Shown here: positions 38,841 to 46,692 of the stretch, piece by piece
Position numbering within the stretch: position 1 is the first letter of the stretch
Layout: every line of letters starts with the position of its first letter
Assembly: GCA_964424595.1 (NCBI GenBank)
Contig: CAYRIW010000004.1
Coordinates: forward strand, 9,206-73,205
Direction of reading: 5' to 3'
Source of the DNA: an uncultured Erysipelotrichaceae bacterium
Lineage (GTDB): Bacteria > Bacillota_I > Bacilli_A > Erysipelotrichales > Erysipelotrichaceae
DNA: 64,000 nucleotides
The notes under the pieces: generated by a model
Database searches by the model: none
The model's input: the letters and a program-made list of their open reading frames with translations, nothing else
What the model was told of the DNA's origin: nothing
Translations under genes and position numbers: made by a program

Positions 38841-39683
38841 CTACCATAACCCTCTTACACAATGATACAAGCCATCTTCTTCACGATATTGATAAACCGC
38901 AAGCATTTCATTTTGATGCGTTATCAGAATTTCATCAGAAGTATGATCTAAACTCAAAGTCTTTCCATTCTTCACATCCACGACATTCTCAACTTCCACC
39001 TTCTCTAATTCAATCCCATCAATCAAAGGAAACAATCGAAACTCATTTCTTCTAAGTGTTTCGATATCAATCGCATCTTCTAGTCGATAATGACCGATTG
39101 ATGTTCGCGTCAAAGCTTGCATCGTCCCAATCGTATTCAATTTTAGCGCAATGCCTTCACAAAGGCTACGAATATACGTACCACTTGAGCATTCAACTTT
39201 AAAGGTCAATATGCCTTCTTCATACGCAAGTTTTTCGATATTGAAGATCTCAATCTCACGCTCAGGAATCTCGACATCGATATTGGCACGTGCATATTCA
39301 TACAAACGTTTCCCTTTGATGGAGATGGCGGAAACTTTAGGCGGTGTCTGTTTGGTAACGCCCATAAATGATTTAAGGACACTCTCTATCATTGATTCAT
39401 CAATATTCATTGAATCATTTCTATCAATCACTTCGCCCCAGATATCACCTGTATTGGTCTTTATTCCAAAACGCAACTGGGCGACATATTCTTTTCGATT
39501 AAACGCTAAAAATGGCAAGGCTTTAGTCGCCTTGTCCACGAGAATGATTAATAAGCCTTCGGCATTGGGATCCAAAGTGCCCGCATGACCTATTTTTTTG
39601 ATATTGAGTGTTTTGCGAACCACTGCGACGACATCGAAAGAAGTCATGTTTTGTGGTTTATTGATTAATATTAAGCCTTGCAT
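38841..39683 (-). CDS. truB: tRNA pseudouridine(55) synthase
   Basis: 'GHAGTLDPNAEGLL' catalytic Asp motif. 280 aa. Confidence 0.94.
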   Translation of the reverse strand: MQGLILINKPQNMTSFDVVAVVRKTLNIKKIGHAGTLDPNAEGLLIILVDKATKALPFLAFNRKEYVAQLRFGIKTNTGDIWGEVIDRNDSMNIDESMIESVLKSFMGVTKQTPPKVSAISIKGKRLYEYARANIDVEIPEREIEIFNIEKLAYEEGILTFKVECSSGTYIRSLCEGIALKLNTIGTMQALTRTSIGHYRLEDAIDIETLRRNEFRLFPLIDGIELEKVEVENVVDVKNGKTLSLDHTSDEILITHQNEMLAVYQYREEDGLYHCVRGLW

Positions 39684-39739
39684 TGTTGTTCGTTAACCTA
39701 GACTATTATACAATAGAATCCTGATTATGAAAGAAAGAT

Positions 39740-40477
39740 ATGCTTATGAAAACACTGATTAAGAAAATAGGTCAAGCAGACAAAGATTACGCGATGTTCA
39801 ATGACAATGATGTGATCGCGGTCGGTTTAAGTGGTGGTAAGGATTCGACCTTATTACTTTATGCGCTCGAAGAATACCGAATCAAGTCAAGAAAGAACTT
39901 CAAGTTGATTGGAATTCACATCGATCTTGGTTTTGCTGGGGAAGACTATCAACCTGTTAAAACATTCTTTGATGAACATGGAATTGAGAATCATATCTTC
40001 CCTTCACAGGTAAGCGAGATTCTCGAACTGAATAAAAAAGACGATCGTATTCAATGCTCTTTGTGTTCGAAATTTAAGAAAGGCATCGTCATCCAAAACG
40101 CATTAGATTTAAAATGCAATAAAGTAGCCTTTGCCCATCATGCGGATGATGCGATTGAAACTTTGTTTCTAAACGCGATCTTTGGTGGCAAATTGAATAC
40201 ATTTGATCCGAAAATGTACATGAGTGAATCAAAGATCGATTTCATTCGACCCTTTGTATACATTAAAGAATCGGAGATTATCGCCAATACTGAAATCCTA
40301 GGACTACCAGTTAAAAAATCGGGTTGTCCGATGGATGGTTTTACCAAACGTCAAGACATCAAAGAGTGGCTTCATGATTTATATAGAAGCTATCCGACCG
40401 CACATGACAACTTCATAAAAATGCTGCACAATACGGAACAAACAAAACTTTGGGTCAAAGGCTTGACAAAGGAATAG
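39740..40477 (+). CDS. ttcA: PP-loop ATPase, TtcA-like tRNA 2-thiocytidine/thiolation enzyme
   Basis: PP-loop 'GLSGGKDS', 'CSLCSKFKKG' (compare E. coli TtcA CSLCSRLRRG), and a later 'SGCP' Cys. Confidence 0.75.
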   Translation: MLMKTLIKKIGQADKDYAMFNDNDVIAVGLSGGKDSTLLLYALEEYRIKSRKNFKLIGIHIDLGFAGEDYQPVKTFFDEHGIENHIFPSQVSEILELNKKDDRIQCSLCSKFKKGIVIQNALDLKCNKVAFAHHADDAIETLFLNAIFGGKLNTFDPKMYMSESKIDFIRPFVYIKESEIIANTEILGLPVKKSGCPMDGFTKRQDIKEWLHDLYRSYPTAHDNFIKMLHNTEQTKLWVKGLTKE

Positions 40478-40491
40478 ATTATACTTATACT
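40463..40491 (+). promoter_or_regulatory. Sigma-A promoter for the lysine-riboswitch transcript
   Basis: TTGACA (40463-40468), 17-nt spacer, TATACT (40486-40491). It overlaps the 3' end of ttcA. Confidence 0.7.
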
Positions 40492-40494
40492 CTT

Positions 40495-40709
40495 AAGGAC
40501 AAAAGATATATAGAGGTAGCGACGCAGAAGAGTACTAAAGTGAGCTGGCAAGCAATGAACTTTAGGAAAGGCAACCGTCGCCGAACGATCCATCTGGCAA
40601 GATGACTCGTGGGGTCATGAATAAGATTCATGACACTCCTTCAATTTGAAGGGCGCTATAACACACACCTAAAGTACAAAGGTCGCGTTATAGATGCGAT
40701 CTTTTGTTT
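40495..40709 (+). promoter_or_regulatory. Lysine riboswitch (L-box) plus a candidate terminator platform
   Basis: 'AUAGAGGUAGCGACGCAGAAGAGUACUAAAG...GGAAAGGCAACCGUCGCCGAACG...CUGGCAAGAUGACUCGUGGGGUCAUGAAUAAGAUUCAUGACACUCCUU' parallels B. subtilis lysC L-box blocks (AGAGGUGCGA, AGAGUA, GUCGCCGAA, CUGG). P1 is AAGGA/UCCUU. Downstream is a long interrupted hairpin CGCUAUAAC...GUUAUAG followed by UCUUUUGUUU. Confidence 0.85.
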
Positions 40710-40728
40710 AACGAAAAGGAGCAAGAAT

Positions 40729-41550
40729 ATGAAAAAATTAGTCACATTATTAGCATTACTCAGTTTAAGTCTTAGCGCATGCACAGCGGCACCTGCAGAG
40801 GAAGATGTCCTCTATGTCGGTATGGAATGTGCGTATGCCCCATTCAACTGGACTCAGGTTGAAAGCAGTGAAACGGCATTACTCATCAACAATGAACAAG
40901 GTACGGGTTATTGCGATGGTTACGATGTTCAAATCGCACAAGCAATCGCAGCCGAAGTTGGACAAGAATTAATTGTTAAGAAAATCGCATGGGAAGGCTT
41001 GATTGATGCATTGAACAATGGTGAGATCGATATGATCGTTGCTGGCATGACCGATACGGCAGAACGTCGTGAATCCGTTAGTTTCTCCACACCTTACTAT
41101 GCATCCGACTTGGTTTTAATCGTTCGAAATGATTCAACGTATGCAAATGCATCCGCTTTGGTTGATTTCACAGGCGCTAGTGTTGTGGCTCAAAAAGGAA
41201 CCTTCCATGACACGGTTGTCGATCAGATCCCAAGTGTCATTCACGGTACACCTTTAGGCAGTTTCGCCTTACTAACCAACTCCGTCGTCAATCAAGAATT
41301 CGATGCGATGGTATCGGAATACCCTGTTGCTTTGAGCATCGTGGCTTCCAATCCTGATTTAAAGATCATCAGCTTTGCAGAAGGCAATGGTTTTGCGACA
41401 AGCTTTGAAGATACAACCGTATCCGTTGCAGTCGCAAAAGAGAGTGTTGAACTCTTAGAAACAATCAATGAAGTACTCGCGAACATCAGTGAAGATACAC
41501 GTGCGGAATGGATGAAAGACGCCATTCAACGCCAACCAGAGGGTGAATGA
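40729..41550 (+). CDS. Amino-acid ABC transporter substrate-binding lipoprotein, predicted lysine-related from the L-box
   Basis: Signal peptide plus lipobox 'LSAC'. Family-3 SBP 'YVGMECAYAPFNW...GYDVQIAQAIA...DMIVAGMTDTAERR'. Start at ATG 40729 has AAAGGAG upstream. Confidence 0.88.
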   Translation: MKKLVTLLALLSLSLSACTAAPAEEDVLYVGMECAYAPFNWTQVESSETALLINNEQGTGYCDGYDVQIAQAIAAEVGQELIVKKIAWEGLIDALNNGEIDMIVAGMTDTAERRESVSFSTPYYASDLVLIVRNDSTYANASALVDFTGASVVAQKGTFHDTVVDQIPSVIHGTPLGSFALLTNSVVNQEFDAMVSEYPVALSIVASNPDLKIISFAEGNGFATSFEDTTVSVAVAKESVELLETINEVLANISEDTRAEWMKDAIQRQPEGE

Positions 41551-42341
41551 TTACCCTCTTAAGTAAAATTCCACATGATCTCTTTGGAACAGCCAGCTAC
41601 ATCTTTTCAAAGTACGGTTCGCTCTTCTTCTTTGGAGCTAAAAATACTTTATATATCGCACTGAGTGGTACGATCATTGGTTTGATCATTGGTTTGGGGA
41701 TTGGCATCTTACGTGCCCTTCCCGTCTATGATTATGATTCGAAGCTAAAGCATTGGATTGTCAAAGCAGTACGCATCATTACATCGGTTTATGTCGAAGT
41801 CTTCCGCGGAACACCAATGATGGTCCAAGCTGTTTTCATCTACAACGCATTTCTACCCGTCTTTAAGAACTCTAAGTTGTTAGCAGGTATTGTCATCGTA
41901 TCCATCAATACTGGTGCCTACATGGCTGAAATCATTCGCTCTGGGATTCAATCCTTGGATAAAGGTCAAAACGAAGCAGCTCGTTCCATCGGTATGAACA
42001 ACACGCAAACCATGGTCTTTGTCATTCTACCGCAAGCGATCAAGAATGCATTCCCAGCAATTGGAAATGAATTCGTCGTTAATATCAAGGATACATCCGT
42101 TTTGAATGTCATTGGTGTCACGGAGTTGTTCTTCCAATCCACAACAGTGGCAGGCATCATTTATCGTTTCAGCGATACCTTCTTCGTATCCGCATTGATT
42201 TATCTATTCCTAACTTATTCCACAACCTTGATTCTGAAATACATCGAAGGAAAGATGCAGATATCGGGTTTCGATGGACCTTCCAGTCAAACCACACCTT
42301 TAATCAAAGGTCATTTCAAAGCAAAGGAGCCAAAGCAATGA
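41547..42341 (+). CDS. Amino-acid ABC transporter permease
   Basis: 264 aa with an EAA-like loop '[25 protein letters not shown]'. ATGA overlap with the SBP gene. Confidence 0.9.
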   Translation: MITLLSKIPHDLFGTASYIFSKYGSLFFFGAKNTLYIALSGTIIGLIIGLGIGILRALPVYDYDSKLKHWIVKAVRIITSVYVEVFRGTPMMVQAVFIYNAFLPVFKNSKLLAGIVIVSINTGAYMAEIIRSGIQSLDKGQNEAARSIGMNNTQTMVFVILPQAIKNAFPAIGNEFVVNIKDTSVLNVIGVTELFFQSTTVAGIIYRFSDTFFVSALIYLFLTYSTTLILKYIEGKMQISGFDGPSSQTTPLIKGHFKAKEPKQ

Positions 42342-43069
42342 TCATCGAAATCGAACATCTCGTCAAACGCTTTGGCAAACTAGAAGTCCTCAAAGACGTC
42401 AGCCTAAGTGTCAATAAAGGTGAAGTCATCAGCATCATCGGCTCAAGTGGGAGCGGCAAAAGCACCCTCTTACGATGCATCAATCTATTGGAATCCTATC
42501 AATCTGGAGCCATTAAATTTGAATCAAAAGACATTTTAAGCTCAATCAAAGGCATCAATCAGTATCGTGCTCAAGTGGGTATGATCTTTCAATCCTTCAA
42601 CTTGTTCTCACATCTCACAGTCCTTGAAAATTGTGTTATCGGACAAGTCAAAGTACTCAAAAAGAAACGTTCAGATGCGGAACAACTGGCTATGGAAATC
42701 CTCGATAAAGTTGGTTTGGCGAGCTTTGCGAGTGCATCTGTCATGACACTTTCGGGTGGCCAGAAACAACGTGTTGCCATCGCAAGAACCTTGTGTATGG
42801 AGCCAAAAGTCCTTCTCTTTGATGAACCCACAAGTGCATTGGACCCTGAGATGGTTGGCGAAGTTCTACATGTTATAAAATCATTGGCTAAAGAACATCG
42901 GACGATGATGATTGTGACGCATGAAATGGCTTTCGCAAAGGAAGTATCCGATCGTGTGCTTTTCATGGATAATGGAATCATTCTTGAAGAAGGAACTCCA
43001 GATGAACTCTTCAATCATCCTAAGCAAGAAAGAACCAAAGAATTCTTACAAAGATTTAGAAACCAATAG
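42338..43069 (+). CDS. Amino-acid ABC transporter ATP-binding protein
   Basis: Walker A 'GSSGSGKST', signature 'LSGGQKQR', Walker B '[11 protein letters not shown]'. Confidence 0.93.
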   Translation: MIIEIEHLVKRFGKLEVLKDVSLSVNKGEVISIIGSSGSGKSTLLRCINLLESYQSGAIKFESKDILSSIKGINQYRAQVGMIFQSFNLFSHLTVLENCVIGQVKVLKKKRSDAEQLAMEILDKVGLASFASASVMTLSGGQKQRVAIARTLCMEPKVLLFDEPTSALDPEMVGEVLHVIKSLAKEHRTMMIVTHEMAFAKEVSDRVLFMDNGIILEEGTPDELFNHPKQERTKEFLQRFRNQ

Positions 43070-43091
43070 CGGATTAAGTTCCGCTTTTTTT
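43068..43091 (+). terminator. Intrinsic terminator
   Basis: AGCGGA / TCCGCT stem with a 6-nt loop and T7. Confidence 0.85.
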
Positions 43092-43113
43092 ATGCAGATG
43101 TTAGAATATCACT

Positions 43114-43944
43114 ATGTTCCAACGAGTTTACATCGAAATCACCAATACCTGCAACTTAGATTGTGCTTTCTGTTTAAAAAATAAACGCAGTCCAAAGATG
43201 ATGACCATTGATGAATTTAAACACATCTTGCATGAGATCAAAGATCATACGCAACATATCTATCTTCATGTTCAAGGTGAGCCTTTCATGCATCCCAATC
43301 TATTGAATTTTTTAAAGTATGCGCATGAAGCCGAATTAAAAGTTCATCTGGTTACGAATGGAACCTATTTAGCTCGAGTTGATGAAGCACTCTATGAGCA
43401 TCCTGCACTTGTTCAATTGAGTATTTCGCTCCATGCGCTTCAAATCAATGAGCTTGATCAAAATCACTTGATACTAAAGCAATTGATCAAAGACTCTGAA
43501 AAACACCACTTCTCACTTTTTTTAAGAATCTGGCGTTTTGATGATCTTGCATCACGTTCTAAATTATCAGAACTAATTGATATGTCAATCGATCAACTGC
43601 CCATGAAACGAAGCAAAATCGCTCCCAATCTTTTTATCGATCTCGATGATACTTTCACATGGCCTTCCTTAAACAATCCCTTTATATCCGAACAAGGCTA
43701 TTGTCATTCTGGTACAAAACTCATCGCAATACTGGCAGATGGAACAGTTACTCCCTGCTGCTTGGATGCGGCAGGTATCCTTGATCTTGGCAACATCCAC
43801 CAAGTCAGTTTTGAATCCATAATTAATGGAAGACGATTGACAACACTCAACCGATCTTTCAATCAAAATATCTGCTCAGAAGAACTCTGTAAACATTGTA
43901 CATATCGTCTAAGGTTCAACAAAAAAAGAGGGATAACCCTCTAA
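43114..43944 (+). CDS. Radical SAM enzyme with a C-terminal SPASM/twitch-like Cys cluster, substrate unknown
   Basis: 'EITNTCNLDCAFC' (CxxxCxxC) at residues ~10-22. C-terminal 'CHSG...DGTVTPCCLD...CSEELCKHC'. 276 aa. Confidence 0.8.
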   Translation: MFQRVYIEITNTCNLDCAFCLKNKRSPKMMTIDEFKHILHEIKDHTQHIYLHVQGEPFMHPNLLNFLKYAHEAELKVHLVTNGTYLARVDEALYEHPALVQLSISLHALQINELDQNHLILKQLIKDSEKHHFSLFLRIWRFDDLASRSKLSELIDMSIDQLPMKRSKIAPNLFIDLDDTFTWPSLNNPFISEQGYCHSGTKLIAILADGTVTPCCLDAAGILDLGNIHQVSFESIINGRRLTTLNRSFNQNICSEELCKHCTYRLRFNKKRGITL

Positions 43945-44291
43945 TTCAGTCTTTGTTTCTGCAACAAGTCGATGATGTCATCAATTTTCTTACCTTGTTC
44001 GAATGTCGAATCAACTAAGAATTTGATTTCAGGAATCTTTCGAATCATCAATTTCTTACCCAGCGCTCCACGGATCTGCTTTGCATAACCGTTGAGTGCT
44101 TTTAATTGTAGTTCAGCTCCTTTTTCTTTATCAAGAAAGGTCACATACAACTTAGCAAGCGAATAATCATTCGTCATCTCAACATCCATGATGGTCACAA
44201 AACCAATATCAGGATCCTTGATTTCAAATTGAATCATCTCTGAAACTTCTTTAAGAATGACTTGCGCAATTCTTTGTTGGCGTATCGCCAT
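43941..44291 (-). CDS. rbfA: Ribosome-binding factor A
   Basis: 116 aa: 'RIAQVILKEVSEMI...DPDIGFVTIMDVEMTNDYSLAKLYV'. Follows infB. Confidence 0.93.
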   Translation of the reverse strand: MAIRQQRIAQVILKEVSEMIQFEIKDPDIGFVTIMDVEMTNDYSLAKLYVTFLDKEKGAELQLKALNGYAKQIRGALGKKLMIRKIPEIKFLVDSTFEQGKKIDDIIDLLQKQRLN

Positions 44292-44302
44292 ATTGATACC
44301 TC

Positions 44303-46132
44303 CTAGACTTGAGGAACTTCACGATCCTCAAATGCCTCAATGACATCATTTTCTTTAATATCATTGAATCCATCAATTGTTAAACCACAATCATAGCCCG
44401 CTGCTACTTCTTTCGCATCATTTTGGAAACGTTTTAAAGTACCCAACTTGCTGGTGTATACAACGGTACCATCACGAATGATACGAACCTTCGCATCTCG
44501 TACAAGTTTACCATCGGTAACCATACAACCAGCGATGGTTCCAACTTTGGTGGCTCTGAAGAGTTGACGAACCGATGCTTGTCCCAATACGACTTCTTTA
44601 TATACTGGTGCAAGCAAGCCCTTCATCGCGCTTTCCATCTCATTGACGGCATCGTAGATAACATTGTACAAACGAATATCAATACCCTCTTCTTCAGCCT
44701 TGCGACGCACAACCGCATCTGGACGAACATTAAAGCCCATGACGATCGCGTTACTCGCAGAAGCCAACATGATGTCAGATTCTGAGATTGCGCCTACAGT
44801 AGAACGAATGACGTTGATACGAACCGTTGCGACTTCAATGCGTTCCAAAGCTTGTTTGATGGCTTCGGCTGAACCTTGAACGTCTGCTTTAACGATGATA
44901 TTGATTTCTTGAAGATTTCCATCCTCAATCGCTTTCGATAATTCTTCCAAACTAACCGATGAACTGCCTTTACGTTCAGCATCAATCTTGACTTGTGAAC
45001 GACGATCGGCAAGTGCACGTGCTTTCTTTTCATTGTCAAAGACCTTGAAAATATCACCTGCAACAGGCACATCATTCAAACCAATGATTTCGACAGGCAT
45101 TGAAGGTTTGGCATCTTTGATCTCACGACCACGATCATCCGTCATTTTACGAACTTTACCAAAACACGCACCGACAACTAAGATATCACCTGCATGCAAT
45201 GTACCGTTTTGAACCAAAAGGGTTGCGACAGGACCTCTGCCTTTGTCCAATCGAGCTTCAATGACAGAACCAGAAGCCATACGATTTGGATTGGCTTTTA
45301 AGTCTTGAACTTCCGAAACAACCAAGATGGATTCCAACAAGTTTTGAATGCCTTCACCTGTTTTAGCTGAAAGCTTACAGAACATGACCTCTCCACCCCA
45401 TTCTTCTGGTGTCAAGCCCAAGTCTGCCATCGCATTGTAAATCTTCTCAAAATTAGCCCCTGGTTTATCGATCTTATTGATTGCTACAATAATTGGGACC
45501 CCAGCAGCTTTAGCATGATCAATGGCTTCACGTGTTTGAGGCATGACCCCATCATCCGCTGCAACCACAATGATGACAATATCCGTTACTTTAGCACCAC
45601 GTGCACGCATGGATGTAAAGGCTTCATGACCCGGTGTATCCAAGAACGTCAACTTCTTACCATTGACAGTAACTTGATACGCACCGATATGTTGCGTGAT
45701 ACCACCATGTTCACCATCGACAACTTTTGTCTTACGAATCGCATCCAACAAGCTCGTCTTCCCATGGTCGACATGACCCATGATCGTAATGATCGGAGAA
45801 CGCTCTAATAAATCTTTTGGATCATCGAGATCGATATCTTCCAAACTATCCTCATCAACAGCTTCTTCTTTCGTGACTTCTACGTTGTATTCCATACAAA
45901 TGAGTTGAATCGTCTCATCATCCAAATTTGTATTGATGGTAACCATCTTACCCAACATGAACAACAACTTAATGATGTCGCTGGAGTTCTTATTCAACTT
46001 CTCAGCAAGTTCACTAACCGTTATCCCCTCTTCATATGCAATCTTCGTTACGAGCTCAGCACGAGGCTTGAACTCTCTTTGCGTAGTTCCTTTACGCGGC
46101 TTCTTGTTGTTTCTTCTTACGGGTCTCCCCAT
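44303..46132 (-). CDS. infB: Translation initiation factor IF-2 with a short N-terminal region
   Basis: G domain 'GHVDHGKTSLLD', 'DTPGHEAF', 'NKID'. ATG at 46132 has AGGTGA upstream. Confidence 0.95.
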   Translation of the reverse strand: MGRPVRRNNKKPRKGTTQREFKPRAELVTKIAYEEGITVSELAEKLNKNSSDIIKLLFMLGKMVTINTNLDDETIQLICMEYNVEVTKEEAVDEDSLEDIDLDDPKDLLERSPIITIMGHVDHGKTSLLDAIRKTKVVDGEHGGITQHIGAYQVTVNGKKLTFLDTPGHEAFTSMRARGAKVTDIVIIVVAADDGVMPQTREAIDHAKAAGVPIIVAINKIDKPGANFEKIYNAMADLGLTPEEWGGEVMFCKLSAKTGEGIQNLLESILVVSEVQDLKANPNRMASGSVIEARLDKGRGPVATLLVQNGTLHAGDILVVGACFGKVRKMTDDRGREIKDAKPSMPVEIIGLNDVPVAGDIFKVFDNEKKARALADRRSQVKIDAERKGSSSVSLEELSKAIEDGNLQEINIIVKADVQGSAEAIKQALERIEVATVRINVIRSTVGAISESDIMLASASNAIVMGFNVRPDAVVRRKAEEEGIDIRLYNVIYDAVNEMESAMKGLLAPVYKEVVLGQASVRQLFRATKVGTIAGCMVTDGKLVRDAKVRIIRDGTVVYTSKLGTLKRFQNDAKEVAAGYDCGLTIDGFNDIKENDVIEAFEDREVPQV

Positions 46133-46137
46133 AAAAA

Positions 46138-46431
46138 TCACCTACTTTCTTTTAATACTTTATTTGCCATATCAACATTTGTGATTCCAATTGCAATGGC
46201 AGTCTGATTGATGTTTGCATGAAGCAATTGTCCATCCAAATCATCAAGCAAAGGAATTCCATAAAACGAACATTTATCACGAATCACTTTCTGACTACGT
46301 TCGGAGGCATCTCGGCTCAACAAGACCAAATAGACTTTCTTATTGCGTATGCCTTCAAGCATACGATCCCCGCTCACCAACGCATTGGCTCGTTTGATGA
46401 TGCCGAGAAACGCATAATCATTGAATGCCAT
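46138..46431 (-). CDS. ylxQ: L7Ae-family RNA-binding protein YlxQ
   Basis: 97 aa, located between ylxR and infB as in Bacillus. L7Ae-like 'LVLLSRDASERSQKVIRDKC'. Confidence 0.8.
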   Translation of the reverse strand: MAFNDYAFLGIIKRANALVSGDRMLEGIRNKKVYLVLLSRDASERSQKVIRDKCSFYGIPLLDDLDGQLLHANINQTAIAIGITNVDMANKVLKESR

Positions 46432-46684
46432 CTAAGTAATCCTTAACTTCATCAAATAAACGTCCGGGAATCTCACATTCTAGAGCACGTGCCAATGAAC
46501 CTTTCTTACGTGCGACCTCTAAAGCCTCATACGACTTCAAGAGATAAGCACCCCGTCCATTTGCTTTACCTGAAAGATCGATCTTTACTTCGCCTTCAGG
46601 TGTTTTGACGATTCGCAACAACTCTTTCTTGGGAGCCTGCGTCATCGTCGCAACACAACGTCTTAAAGGAATTTTTTTCATCAA
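46418..46684 (-). CDS. ylxR: YlxR/RnpM (DUF448) RNA-binding protein
   Basis: 88 aa: 'PLRRCVATMTQAPKKELLRIV...DLSGKANGRGAYL'. Immediately downstream of nusA. Confidence 0.88.
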   Translation of the reverse strand: MMKKIPLRRCVATMTQAPKKELLRIVKTPEGEVKIDLSGKANGRGAYLLKSYEALEVARKKGSLARALECEIPGRLFDEVKDYLDGIQ

Positions 46685-46692
46685 AACCTCCT

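Noticed and set aside
40478-40728. First impression of a T-box or SAM (S-box) leader upstream of the second ABC operon
   Set aside because: It has no GGUGGUACCGCG T-box sequence and no S-box core. The conserved blocks (AGAGGUAGCGA, AGAGUA, GUCGCCGAA, CUGGC) instead match the lysine riboswitch.
42589-43014. 141-aa antisense ORF inside the ABC ATPase gene (similarly 39151..39588 in truB, 4117..4467 in glyQS, 44564..45212 and 45515..46207 in infB)
   Set aside because: These are mirror frames of highly conserved genes, with Ser/Arg/Leu-rich nonsense translations and no translation signals.
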